Shown here in pieces: positions 11,769 to 26,177 of a DNA stretch of 64,000 bases (its first letter is position 1; each line of letters starts with the position of its first letter). The DNA comes from Octopus sinensis (lineage: Eukaryota): positions 165,230,001 to 165,294,000 of the forward strand of contig NC_042998.1 in assembly GCF_006345805.1 (NCBI RefSeq), in the 5' to 3' direction. Below the pieces are notes generated by a model. The model had not been told where the DNA came from and ran no database searches. It worked only from the letters and a program-made list of their open reading frames with translations. A program made the position numbers and the translations under genes.

Positions 11769-11850
11769 AGCCTTGAAATGTGCTGTGCTTTTTAACACTA
11801 TATATCTATATATATATATAGTGTTAAAAAGCACAGCATATTTCAAGGCT
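11769..11850. repeat. Near-perfect 37-bp inverted repeat centred on (TA)n
   Basis: AGCCTTGAAATGTGCTGTGCTTTTTAACACTATA versus the reverse complement of TATAGTGTTAAAAAGCACAGCATATTTCAAGGCT: 1 mismatch. Confidence 0.85.
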
Positions 11851-12458
11851 AGCCGAAAGGAGATTGCCTCGAAAGTGAACGAGAGAGACAGACACCTATA
11901 TTTCGAGTTTATTCACGCTCACTTGTGTCACATCCTCGACTACCGAAGCGATTTACAAAAGACGAAATATCGCTGCCTTGTAACGCTTGGCAACACACAT
12001 ATATTGAGTATGTGATTATGTATGTTTACGTTATTGTGCCGTTTCTAACACAAATTTAGAAACTTGCACGATATATAAGCTAAGTGCTGGGGTCAATGTA
12101 ATCGACTTACCCCCTCCCCGAACTTCTTGGCCGTTTGCCAAAATTTAAAACGTTTCAGTTGTTGTACTCTCCGGCCTTTCCAAATGTCTGATGTATTAAA
12201 TCTACTGGAAGTAGATCGCTCTCATTCTGTTGCTTATACACGTGATGCTCTCCATTCCAGTTTCTTTTTCTTATGATTCTAATAGTTTGTAACAGTTTAA
12301 CAAGAGTAGATAAATTTTCACTGACCCGGAGACTGAACTTACGTTCACTAACGAACCTACAACACTTATGCTAATAATTACTTTTCTTTTGCCCAGTTGG
12401 TGGCGCATTGCCACCTCCAGGCAGTTAGTGGATCTACAGATGGTTTGGTTTCTAGTCT

Positions 12459-12686
12459 GGCGAGCTGGCAGAAACGTTAGCACGCCGGGCGAAATACTTA
12501 GCGGTATTTCGTCTGCCGTTACGTTGTGAGTTTAAATTCCCCCGAGGTTGACTTTGCCTTTCATCCTTTTGGGGTCAATAAATTAAGTACCAGTTCCGCA
12601 CTGGGGTCGATGTAATCGACTTAATACCTATGTCTGTCCTTGTTTGTCCCCTCTAAGTTTAGCCCCTTGTGGGTAATAAAGAAATA
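12459..12686 (+). mobile_element. Full-length family A SINE with perfect 17-bp TSD
   Basis: GGTTTGGTTTCTAGTCT at 12442-12458 and 12687-12703. Confidence 0.95.
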
Positions 12687-13603
12687 GGTTTGGTTTCTAG
12701 TCTCAACCTTTTTTTGTGCCCCTGGTTTTATAGCTGATTTTGCTGAGAAGTGGGATCAGTGCAGTGCAGCACTTTATCTACTGAAAACAAACTCACGCGC
12801 AAGGAGCTTCTTGCTCTCTCGGAACGTTTACATGGACTTACTGGAATTGAAGAAGTGGTGGTATTTGGTCACGAATCGACTTCCACTATATAAATACATA
12901 TAAATATAAAGATAATATTAATATATCAAGAAATTATGATGTATTGCATTTGATATATTGTATTTATCAATGTTGTTTAAATTTATACCACTGTTCGATC
13001 GAAATCATCTCTTGTAGCTCATTTTGCTTAAATAAAGCAAATTATTCAAGTCATAAATGTGTCCTACATTTTGTATATATTTAAGTTGCTGAGCCACAAG
13101 GGATTTAAAGATAAGGTTCGACAATTGTCGTGCTGATGACGCCTAGTGAGGTAGAAGAAGCACATGTCCATGACTGCCTCTTTTCTCCAGACAGTAAATG
13201 TACCCTTTTCTTTTAAGGCATGTCAAATTTTGAGAATACTTGATTCTTGAAATTATTTTCCTTCATCATATGGAGGCGCTTTTAATTGCAATTTGATAAT
13301 TATAACACATCCTCTAGAAGTGAAGAAAATCATAATAAATTACTGCCGTAGATTAGTTGATATACCCGTATTTGCCTATGCTATTCAAGTACATTTTACT
13401 GACCTCTGAGTTATCTCTCGTTACTCATTTTTATTTATATAAATGGTTTACTTATCTATCTGTCTGCCTGTCTGTCTGTCTCTCTGTCCGTGTGCGTGTG
13501 TGTGTGTGTGTGTGTGTATGCGTGTGCATGTATATGTATACTCTTTTACAAACCTATAGTGAGGCCGCCAAAGAAAATTTTAGAGGCGATTTACCTAATG
13601 TTA

Positions 13604-13870
13604 CTGGAGGTGCGTAGCTTAGTGGTAAGGGTATTGGACTTATGATCGTAAGATTGCGATTTCGATTCCTGGACCGAGCGACGCGTTGCGTTCTTGAGTA
13701 AAACACTTCATTTCACGTTGCTCCAGTTCACTCAGTTGGCAAAAAAGAGTAATCCCGCGACGGATCGGCTTCCCGTCCAGGTGGGGAATATATACGCCAA
13801 TAAAACCGGGAAACCGGCCCACATGAGCCTGGCATCGCTCGAGAAGGAAACGTTTACTAATTATTTTTTA
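13604..13870 (+). mobile_element. Family C-head SINE with V-domain-like tail and 13-bp TSD
   Basis: A/B-box head, CORE-like block, CCCGCGACGGATCGGCTTCCCGTCCAGG segment. TTACCTAATGTTA at 13591-13603 and 13871-13883. Confidence 0.85.
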
Positions 13871-14740
13871 TTACCTAATGTTAACATCTCGATGCCTATT
13901 GAAACTATGAAATGAAGACGATGCTGTAGATATGGTATAAAGTCATATTACTAATTAGTTGATATTTTAATGTATTAGCAAATGTTCTGTTGTTTTCTTA
14001 GAAATGAGGACTTGAAGAGGCATATAGAGCGAGTTTCATAAAATTATGAGTTTATTAATATTAATTTAAACACTTGACAGTTGTGCTTAAGCGAGTTTCC
14101 GACAGTTGATTAGCTTGCTAAAAATAGCAGCTAAATCACCACAGCTTACCGTTTTAGCCAAAAAAAAAAAATCATATGAGAAAAAAGAAATAAAATGAGC
14201 TTGCAATGATCGATCTGACTTGAGGCTAAGCGAAATTGTTGCTGCAAACAGTCAGTCTCGGATATACATGAATAATTTCCATCTGTTTAGACAGTTACCA
14301 GGAGATTAAGACAAGTATCAATAGCTTAAAAATCCTTTCATCACAGACAATAAGAAATCGTGCGCAGCGTTACTACGGTGATTTAAAGTAAATCTTCAGA
14401 GAATATATAGCAACATATGGTACGATATTGATTGCGATGTTGATGTTATTGTTGGTGATCCCCAGCTCAGAACTAATTTAGGAAATCTATGATGAAAGAT
14501 GTTCCAGGTGTGGCCATCAAATTATTTTAAAATGAAGGTTTGATATATATAAAATTACGCTATGCAATGTGTCTCTCAGTTTTTAAGAAAACAAGGTGCA
14601 ATTTGATAGAAATTCGACATGTTTTTAGCTGGTCGAAAGAACTTAGAGAGACATTTTGTAAACTATCAGTATTTTTGTGCAGTGTAGAGATACAACAGGA
14701 TGGAAGAATTTAGGTTGTTGTGTAATAGTACAGAGTACTA

Positions 14741-14917
14741 GGCACAGGAGTGGTTGTGTGGTAAGTAGCTTGCTTACCAACCACATGGTTCCTGGTTACG
14801 TGTCACTTCGTGGCACCTTGGGCAAGTTTCCTTTATTATAGACTCGGGCCGAACCAAGCCTTGTGAGTGGATTTGGTAGACGGAAACTGAAAGAAGCCCG
14901 TCGTATATATGCATATG

Positions 14918-14961
<44 letters not shown>

Positions 14962-14969
14962 TATATATG

Positions 14970-15002
<33 letters not shown>

Positions 15003-15222
15003 GTGTGTGTCTGTGTGTCTGTGTTTGTCTCCTCCAACATCGCTTGACAACAGATGCTGGTGTGTTTACATCCCCGTAACTTAGCCGTTCGGCAAAAGAG
15101 AGTGATAGAATAAGTACTAGGTTTACAAAAACTAAGTGTTGGGGTCGATTTGCTCGACTAAAGGCGGTGCTCTAGCATGGCCGCAGTCAAATGACTGAAA
15201 CAAGTAAAAGAGTAAAAGAGAA
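14741..15222 (+). mobile_element. Full-length CORE-type SINE with internal (TA)n(TG)n
   Basis: tRNA-like head, GTGGCACCTTGGGCAAG CORE-like motif, internal microsatellite and (GTAAAAGA)n tail. Confidence 0.9.
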
Positions 15223-15721
15223 GAGAGTAGTAATGTAATATTGTGATGCGGAGAAATATTAGTTTAGTTTGGTGGCATAAAACCAGAGTTGTGCAACAGA
15301 GCAATAATGAGATGTAATGCTGTTTAAGTGTGATGTCGCTGAGTAACATTTTAGTTGGATAATACTTGAGGTTTAGCCACTAGTCAGATTTCATCGAGCA
15401 GATCCATGATTCAAGACAGCCCAGTTGTAACCAAGTCCTCTTTGAACAAACGTTTTCAAAGGAGTCATTTGTCTCCATAATATTGTATAATGTGATTTAA
15501 GAAGGTTGTTCAACTGTTGCCCATATACTTGTAGAGTATTCACATATCTTTTGAGTTTAAATTCATATATGGATTTATCCATGCATAAGTTGTCATTTAG
15601 TCTCAGGTCAGTTCTGACCGAGCACGCTGATTAAAGACATTCTTGCCTTGATTCCGCCCCGCTGCTCCAGCTGAAATTGTGTTTTCCAATTTCACCAACA
15701 TTTTGCTTTTAAGATAGAGTG

Positions 15722-15727
15722 ATTTGA

Positions 15728-15789
<62 letters not shown>

Positions 15790-15808
15790 GACAGAGAGAC
15801 AGAGAGAC

Positions 15809-15849
<41 letters not shown>

Positions 15850-15872
15850 GAGGAGGAAGAGGGAGCGAGAGA
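15722..15872. repeat. (GA)n/(GAGACA)n polypurine microsatellite
   Basis: Seen directly. Confidence 0.95.
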
Positions 15873-17187
15873 GAAGTGAGCTTGTGCTTTCGTTGATGTT
15901 ATTGTTGTTGTTAGTGTTTAGTCACAAGTCGGCTTTAAACGAGTAGAATTATAACCATGCACATTCGAGCCGTGACTATCATCGCTTTTATTTCGAAATT
16001 GCATAGGAATACATATTAGACATTATAATTTATATATTCTTAATTTTTAAAGTCAATTAGAAAGTGATTTAAGGAAAATTTCTATTGATATTTCTTGGTG
16101 GCCGGCCGATCAGGTAAGAATTCTTGCACTGATTCGTGAGAGAATTGGTACTTTCGTTGCTTTTAAGTTTAATCCAACCTTAATTAAGTAGATCTTCTAG
16201 TTAGTCGACCGATCGTTTTAATGGACTGTGATTGTTGTCTTGTCTAGTCACTGGGGTGAATTTCTTAGCAAATTTATTAGTAGAGGTTTCCACAAAAAAG
16301 GCCTTTCATGTCCTAGCTACAAACCTCATTGGGCAGATCTCTATATCAAACTTGAGAAAGTATTGAGGACCACCGCTTGTCTGTGTTGAACGGCAAACTC
16401 TTCACTGGTCACCAAGACAGAGTGACATTAAAGAAAATTTAAAATGCGTTTCTGAAGAAAGTTCTTGGTGTTTTCACATTGACTGTCATTATTGATCTTC
16501 TATAATTGCCAGGCGTGATGTCACTTCATCCAACAGTTTGTCACCTCCACTAAGAGTGCCTCAGGACTGAACTCGAGGACAAAAGCGTTTCGGGAAGAAT
16601 CGCTGCATATGCAACTCAGAGCAGGATTTGTCTTGAAGCTGTTGCAGCAGAACGTACTTCTCACATTTTAGCCTCCAAGTTAGAATATGAGATGCTAAAA
16701 TGCAAGCCTAAATTTTATGTGGACAACACCCTTCGTGCGCCTTCGCTCACAAAGTCACGCAATGGCGAAAAGAATTTTGTTTTCTCATAGAAATTAAGAA
16801 AGTCGAAGTGAGGAAAATAGTTAAAATAGATTTTATAAAAACCGGCTATGAGATGGTAATCTGCTATATCAGCTATAAAAGGTGTTATAGACTTGTTAGA
16901 GGTCAATATTTCATAGGGAGAGTAGTATTATTTAATGGCATCGACTGCACTAGGATATTAACCTATTTATCTGAGAGAACAGGAAAGTTTAAAAACAAAA
17001 ACAAAAAAATTACATTTTAATCAACATTTTAAACTTTGACCTAAAGTTTATAACAAAGAAAAATATCCGTATGCGGACAGAAGAATGTTATGTTTGTCTT
17101 GAATAATTTGATCAAATAAAGGAGTAAATGTCAGAGGGAGAAAGTGACGCTTTACAACGAATGAAAGCTGGTACATGTATATATACA

Positions 17188-17249
<62 letters not shown>

Positions 17250-17721
17250 ATATTCACATAAAGATATAAACATATGTGTCTATGTACGCATTTATGTATG
17301 TTGTGTGTGTGTGTTTGCAGAAGTCAGAAAGATTGAGATTGAGTACGAGAGAGAGAGAGAGAAAGAGAGAGAGAGGGGGAGGCATACAAACTGACGGACG
17401 GACCGGCAGACAGACAAAGGTAACTGGTCTCGTGCTGTGTCCAAGGATAAATATACTAAAAGTATTCAAAATCTCACATAACAGTTGGATACATACGGAA
17501 TTGTAGGAAAAATCTAGAATCACTGGCAGAAGTGCATAATTTACGAGTAGAACCCATCCTGTGGCCATAACACTGACATTTATGTAAAATAATGCTTTGC
17601 ACCTTTGGTACTGTGTAAAAGACCCATGACTGTGCCACGACACAAGTATGTGGCAGGTCAAATGCGCCTGCGTCTTAAGACATTTGAATGATGGATGAAT
17701 GAGGTCAGTTATGCATGTGCT

Positions 17722-17723
17722 CG

Positions 17724-17806
<83 letters not shown>

Positions 17807-17824
17807 GATCTATCTATCTATCTT

Positions 17825-17890
<66 letters not shown>
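17722..17890. repeat. (TATC)n(TC)n(TA)n compound microsatellite
   Basis: Seen directly. Confidence 0.95.
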
Positions 17891-17892
<2 letters not shown>

Positions 17893-18368
17893 TGTATGCA
17901 TTTCCCGCGTGTATATTACGAGATAGGCGATTAGATGTAATATATAAACGGGAAATGCATGTTTGTATTGGTATCTGTACGCAAAAATGTATCAATAGGT
18001 ATATATATATTTTTCATTTCTGTATTGTCGGTTTATCTCTACGGATGAGTACAAAGTAATCTTCATTACAGAACACAAAATCTTAAGATTAGGATTATTC
18101 AAAATTTGTAAACCTTCTTGCTCATTTCCTCGCATTTGGCCTTGGGTTATAAATAGAGAATAAATTTAAAGTGAATTATAGGTATTTCACATCTACTTCT
18201 AACGTATAGGCACTGGCGTTCCAGTGCCCTTAATCATAATTGTTTTTATAATCATGTACTTTAATGCACACACATACACACACACATATATATATACACA
18301 CACACACATACATACGTATGTATGTATGTATGTATGTATGTATGTATGTATGTATGTATGTATGTATG

Positions 18369-18399
<31 letters not shown>

Positions 18400-18615
18400 T
18401 GTATACATAAAGGACAGACTTCTTTTAGTTTGTGTGTGTAATTGTGCTTGTGATTGGCCCATCTCTCCATATACACACACGCACACAGGTTGACAACTGG
18501 TGTTGCTGTGTTTACGTCCTCGTAAGTTTGCGGTTCTGCATAAAACACTGACAGAATAAATACCAGGCTTTGAAAAGTGCTGAGGTCGATTTTTTCGCCG
18601 AAACCTAGATAGGGC

Positions 18616-18687
<72 letters not shown>

Positions 18688-18949
18688 CCTTCTAATACGA
18701 AGATTTTATTTTAAATTTAATGAATATATTTCTTCGTCGGAACAGTGGATCACGAAGCACATAAAGATATAATTACCAGCCTGCGAATACTGGGATGATG
18801 AACCACACTTTCGGAGAAAAAAAAAACAATCAAGTTGAACGCCTTCCCCGGCACACGAACCCGCATCTTGTATATTTAGAAACATTACTCTTACAAGCGA
18901 GACTTGTGCGTTGTTGTCATCATAAGTATTTCAAGGCAATGAGAAATAA

Positions 18950-20483
18950 TCTCTCTATATATAAAACTGATAATATGTGTCTGTCTCTCTGTCTGTCTGT
19001 CTGTCTGTCTGTTTCCCTAAAACTTGAGAACTACACAACCAATTTCATTCAAATTTTACACATGCCTTACTTAGGGTCCATGTAGTTTCATGGGCAAAAA
19101 AAAATGTTCAACTTCTTGCCTAGGGCGAGCCCATAGCAATATCATATTTTCTCCACTATTTCAGTATTACGTGTTAAAAGTGAAACAAAAACATTTCTCT
19201 ATTTTATGTCAGATAAAACAATAAAAATTAGAGATAATAATAACAATTGAATTACATGTAGGAAGTAATAATTAAAATCAAACTAAAGTATAATATAATC
19301 GTAACAAAACAAAAGTAAAAATAGCAATTGGTATAAAATTGTATCAATGACTTGAACTTGAATAAGTGGTTTCACATGAATGGGAATAAATAAAAATAAA
19401 ATTAGTCTGCAAAAATGGAATAGTTCAGATGGAGCTGTGCATATACCGTTTACCACGGCTTTTACATTAGATTATCAGCTAATTAGCTAGCATTAAGTAT
19501 CTATATGAAGTTTGGCTGTATGTAATGTCTGTTTTCTCGAGCAGCCGCTTCAACTGAGTACTGCTGTTGGCTTATTTCTTATGCATAAAGGACTATAGCT
19601 TCAATTGCATACTGCTTTTTGATTCACCGTAAGGTTTGTTCTTCTTATTATTACTGTTTAACTATTGTTATCACGTTTGTTGCTTCCTCGTAAGGGAAAC
19701 GTTGTTGTGTTGCATTTGTTAAATAATTGTAAACTGTAACCCTCCCTCTTTGGGAGAAGGAGCTTTGGTTATTGTTTGAAAATTGAATTGAGTCCCTGTT
19801 TGGGGAAATTAACAATATTTTCACCGTTTATACGGAAGCAATTTGTTAGAATGCCTTTGATTGAAGAAAGTCCAAAAATGAATTTCACTGCAGCCGTCGG
19901 CGGGCGCGAACTCATTAAAATTAAAATGGAAGAAATACAAACCTATTTCGGATTGATCACCGACAAAGACGGTGAATCTAGGATAACACCACCAAACGAA
20001 ATAAAAAATAAAATTAAAGAAAAGACTATTGTCAATGTAGAGAAAAATAAGATTTGAACACCTGGAGGAAGGCACCATCGAAAAGTGTATTGGTGCGACT
20101 ATGAAAGATATCTAACCAGAGGCGGTAAATTCGCCACAATAGAAGCAAGGTTCGAGTCAATGGAGCGTGCAAGAGAGTACTCGACTCGAACCTTGCAAAG
20201 TGGAAATATTTTTACTTTTATATCTGCTACGTAGGACGTTCCCGGATAAAAATTAAAAATGTGCCCCCAGAAGTAGAGGTAGGCTGGATTGTAGCCACAC
20301 TTCTATACAAGAGGGAGGATAAGATACAATTGATCGAAATTGCAAGAGACGGGCCTACAATTCCAGTCTGTTATATATTTTGAATATTGTTATCACTAGC
20401 GATATCAAGATATAACTTTGTAGCGATATCAAGATATAACTTTGTATTTTGTATGACCCGGCAACGACGGGTCATAATGCTAG
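18950..20483 (+). mobile_element. Non-autonomous Helitron-like element
   Basis: A|TCTCTCTATATATAAAA 5' end followed by (CTGT)n. At the 3' end a perfect 9-bp hairpin TATGACCCG-GCAACGA-CGGGTCATA (20452-20476), then CTAG (20480-20483) followed by T. Inserted at an A|T site with no TSD. Confidence 0.75.
19675..20384 (+). pseudogene. Decayed gag-like ORF1 fragment of a non-LTR retrotransposon (L1/Tx1-like), nested in the Helitron
   Basis: Broken reading ...RGGKFATIEARFESMERAREYST...SRIKIKNVPPEVEVGWIVATLL resembles RRM-type ORF1. Flanked by the 12-bp direct repeat TATTGTTATCAC (19663-19674, 20385-20396). Confidence 0.5.
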
Positions 20484-20867
20484 TATTTTTATATAAAGCA
20501 AGAGGGAAGTCAATGAGAATATACTCTCTCATAAAAAATACCCGTCATCACGGACGTCCAAATCGTAACCATCCAGTATTTTTTTCATAGGCATAGTGTA
20601 CTAGGAACAAATGTCCACTAAAGTTTGAACTGTCCTGCTAAAGCTAACTAGAAATAGTTACATAGACTACACAAGAGCAATGGCTTCTATTCAGCTCGCA
20701 GTATTACGTGATGTTTTACGACATATCCATCGCGTAGGTAGGCCGAAAACGAGGAGTCTAGAACTCATAAAATGTTCTCGTTCGGTCGAATAAGCAGTAT
20801 ACGTACAGTAATGTTTTAGCCAAGGTTAACTTTGTGGAAGGGTTGCGACTTGGTTTCATTGTAATCA

Positions 20868-22375
<1,508 letters not shown>

Positions 22376-22660
22376 TATATGCATATACATTTGTGTATTC
22401 GTGAGGGAGTGTCTATGAATAGTTATTTGGGAGGATTTTTTCTTCTTCTTTCTAGGTAGACGTTTGATTTATTGCGTGCCAAGCCTGTTTGCAGGTGTTC
22501 ACTTCGGTCTCATATGTTCTCACATGGTGGCCAGACGGTAGGAAGTGTCGGGTTTAGAGGTAGCTGCCGGTACAACATCCTATCAGTACCACGTCGTCAA
22601 TGTCGGTCGCTCCACCACCCTCCACCGCGTCTACTATCACTGAGCTAATGATAAGAATAA

Positions 22661-22859
22661 CCCTTTCTATTATACAGGTTCAAGGCCTGAACGTTTGGTG
22701 GAAGTGGAATAGTCAGTTACAGCGACCGCAGTGCACAACTGGTACTTATTTCATTAAAGTCGACCTCGGTGGAATTTAAACTCAGAATATTAAAGACAGA
22801 CGAAATGCTGCTAAGCATTTTGCCCGGTGTGCTTACGATTCTGCCAGTTCGTCGCATTA

Positions 22860-22941
<82 letters not shown>

Positions 22942-23535
22942 CAACAACAACAACAATAATAATAATCCTTTCTACTATAGACACGAGACCTGGAATTTGT
23001 GGGGATGAAACTAGTCGATTAAATCGACCTCAGCGTTTCAATGGTATCGACCCTGTATCTTAATGTATCGACCCTGAAAGGATGAAAAGCAATGTCGACC
23101 TCGGTAGAATTTGAACTCAGAACATAAAGACAAACGAAATACTGGTAAGCATTTCGTCCGGCGTGGTAACGATTCTGTCAATCCTTTCTACTAAAGGCTC
23201 AAGGCTTGAGAGTTCGACCACAATTTTCAACTGGTACTAATTTTATCGACCCCGAAAGGATGAAAGGGAAAGCCGACCTCGGCGGAATTTGAACTCGTGA
23301 TGTAAGGACGAAATACAGCTAAGCATTTTGATTGGCATGTAAACGATTCTGCCAGATGACCGTCATTTTGACACAAGGCCAACAGGTTCGAGGAGGGAAC
23401 TAGCCGATTACATTGATCCCAATATTTAACTGGTATTTATTTTATCGACACCGAAAGGACCAATGGCAAAGTTGACCACGGCGAATCTGAACGCAGAATG
23501 TAAGGACGGACGAAATGACGCGAATCATTTTAACC
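22661..23535 (-). mobile_element. Cluster of four co-oriented family A SINEs (about 22661-22855, 22967-23180, 23182-23358, 23365-23535) around (AAT)n
   Basis: Repeated ACTGGTAC...GACCTCGG.GGAATTT.AACTC blocks. Confidence 0.85.
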
Positions 23536-23568
23536 CCTTATAATAATGATAATAATAATAATGATAAC

Positions 23569-23614
<46 letters not shown>

Positions 23615-23615
<1 letters not shown>

Positions 23616-24141
23616 ATGGCTTTTGATCTTAACTGATTGGAAGTGTTATCATGTACATTGTTTTGTCTTGGTATAAAAGATGGGCTACAGCAAATATTCT
23701 GCTCAATACCACAGATTTGCTTGTCAGTTGTTTGACCTTAACCAGTTGAGCATGTCCCTTAGTGGCTGACGATATGTGCATCTCTGATCACGAGCAGAAG
23801 TAGTGGGGGAGCATCATAGCCATGTGTTGAGAGGGATTCTTTGGGGTTTGAATAGTTCACCTCTGGAAACATGAGTGGTTCTTTCAACATCCTTAAATAA
23901 ACCTTATTCAGGGACCGTTTGAGCGGGATGGGCTACTCAACCTGAAGAAAATTCTAACTGGGCCCCACCTGCAAGGTCATGTGCTGTTTATCTTGATATG
24001 AGATCACCATGTCGCGCACATATGGTTGTGATGCATGTGCCTGGTGTACTTTTATAAGACGGGTAGTCATGATGGGTATATTGGGCTTCGTATATTTTAC
24101 CCCAGTGTCACTTTGATGGCATGAACTGCTCTCTCACTCAA
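23615..24141 (+). mobile_element. Interspersed repeat ending in an (AAT)n/(GAT)n tail, probably a LINE 3' end or headless SINE
   Basis: Partial copies at about 38430-38590 (minus) and 59281-59515 (plus). Simple-repeat tail. Confidence 0.65.
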
Positions 24142-24151
24142 TAATAATAAC

Positions 24152-24186
<35 letters not shown>

Positions 24187-24191
24187 TAATA

Positions 24192-24268
<77 letters not shown>

Positions 24269-24269
<1 letters not shown>

Positions 24270-24428
24270 GTTTCAAATTTTGGCGCAAGGAGAGGAAGTT
24301 CGGGGAGGGTCTCGATTTCTTATTTCATAGTCCCTAGAAGAATTGAAGACAAAGTCGACTACGGCGGAATTTGAACTCGGAATGTAAAGTTGGAAGATAT
24401 GCCACGGAACATTTTATGCGGCATGTTA
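24269..24428 (-). mobile_element. Degenerate family A SINE
   Basis: GACAAAGTCGACTACGGCGGAATTTGAACTC block. Confidence 0.7.
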
Positions 24429-24958
24429 AAGCAATATTTGTATTGCTTTTAGTTGTGGGTGTCGATGTCGTCGTCGTCGCAGTCCTCTTGGTCACTGCAG
24501 CCTTGAAAACGGAGGGGGATGTCGTCGTTGTCCTCCCCTCTCCCTACTCTTCCTCCTCTTTCTCCTCCTCTTCTTTCTTTTCCTCCTCCTGCTCCTCCTT
24601 CTCCTCATATCATCGTGACGACTACCTCCTCCTTCTCCTCCGCTCCCTTTTCTCCTTCATAACACTGTTTCCTCTTCCTCCACACCACCACCACCACCAC
24701 CACCACCACCATCACCACCGCCGCCGCCACCGCCGCCATAATCTCATCATTAACAACAACCGCTTTATCAATAAGAAAGAAAGAAACAAAAGAAAGGACT
24801 GGAACAGTAAATGTTCAGTGGCGAATTGAGACGATGAGAAGAACATTTTGTAAACCAGAAAAATACACCTTGAAGAAAATACATCAGCCGTTTAAGCTAC
24901 CTCCGTACTTACTGTTCTATGTGCGAGCGTATACAATTTTAGTAGCATATACACTTAT

Positions 24959-25267
24959 GGAGGCGCAATGGCCCAGTGGTTAGGGCAGCGAACTCGCGGT
25001 CGTAGGATCGCGGTTTCGATTCCCAGACCGGGCGTTGCGAGTGTTTATTGAGCGAAAACACCTAAAGCTCCACGAGACTCCGGCAGAGGGTGGTGGCGAT
25101 CCCTGCTGTACTCTTTCGCCACAAATTCCTCTCGCTCTTTCTTCTGTTGGCCTGCTTGCTTAGCGAGCGGTGTGGCGTCATTTGAAGGCTAAAACAATGC
25201 GAAGCGCATTGTGACCAGCGATGTGTAGCAACATCTGATAGCCTGGTCGGTCGCAGTGATCGCAGTG
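24959..25267 (+). mobile_element. Full-length family D SINE with perfect 12-bp TSD
   Basis: A box TGGCCCAGTGG and B box GGTTTCGATTCC. ATATACACTTAT at 24947-24958 and 25268-25279. (CGCAGTGAT)2 tail. Confidence 0.92.
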
Positions 25268-25709
25268 ATATACACTTATACACACAATAAACACACATAC
25301 ACACACACTCGCATACGTACACATAGACATATACACACATACACACGCGTTCACAGGTATGGTTGTTTAGGATTAACTAAATCCTAAAAAGAATCGGAGT
25401 AACTCGTACAGATAACTGACTAACAGATAATTATAATTAATGAAACCGATTAATGAGCTGAAGAAAAGAAAACCTGCTCTCACTTTGATACAATGTTCAT
25501 CAGGTATAAAATACAATCATAATCTGACGAACCCTAGAATAGGGTGAAAGCTTAGGTTTTTATTAAAATAAATCTGTATGGTTTTGAGTGCGTCTCAGTG
25601 CATGTATGAATGTGTAATGTATATATACATACATACATACGTACGTACTTAGATAGATAAGGACTGGACATGTAGATAGATAAGGACTGGACATGTAGAT
25701 AGATAGATT

Positions 25710-25747
<38 letters not shown>

Positions 25748-26177
25748 CAGATAGATAGATAAGGAATGGACGTATTCTGTATCTTTCTTCTCTTTTCTCT
25801 TTCAGAGAAAATATTTCTTCAACGTTCGCTATCTTACACCATTTCTGCTCTAACTACACCCCGTGTTTGTTTTCGTTCGGTTTCTTTGTATGTCTCCACT
25901 GTCCTGTTTTTGTTCCCAACTTTGACCCTCCATAAATCCAAAATTTTATTTTGGTACTTATGGGGAGCAACTGTCTTTGAAAACTCATATTATCGTTCAA
26001 TGCTCGAAATGAGGAGCAGATAGAGAGCCGACAATAGCTGAAGGATCGTTTTTTGTGTTACTTGTCCTGTTTTCCATTTGTTTCTCTCGTTGTTATGAAC
26101 ACATTTGTTTTCGTATTTCATGTTGTTTACTGTTGGTGACGTCCTGTACTCATATATGCATGTATATATATATATAT

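Noticed and set aside
11845-11890. Possible hammerhead after the TA hairpin (CTAGCCGAAAGGAG...CTCGAAAG)
   Set aside because: No CUGANGA core and no stem III or cleavage triplet.
12397-12423. 27-nt plus-strand microexon (VGGALPPPG); similarly a 15-nt one near 58381
   Set aside because: Splice signals are plausible, but the segments are too short to distinguish from chance without RNA data.
13130-13175. CTGATGA followed by a GCCT/AGGT stem
   Set aside because: GAAA is not positioned after the stem and there is no stem I pairing; similar partial hits near 25460-25505 and 60946-60980 were also dropped.
17254-17661. Hydrophobic minus-strand ORF resembling a membrane protein
   Set aside because: No family motif, ambiguous splice sites, and the ORF is extended by microsatellite.
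24959-25040. tRNA gene calls for SINE heads (also 13604, 31898, 34764, 35908)
   Set aside because: A and B boxes are present, but there is no complete cloverleaf or terminator, and each continues into a SINE body with a tail or TSD.
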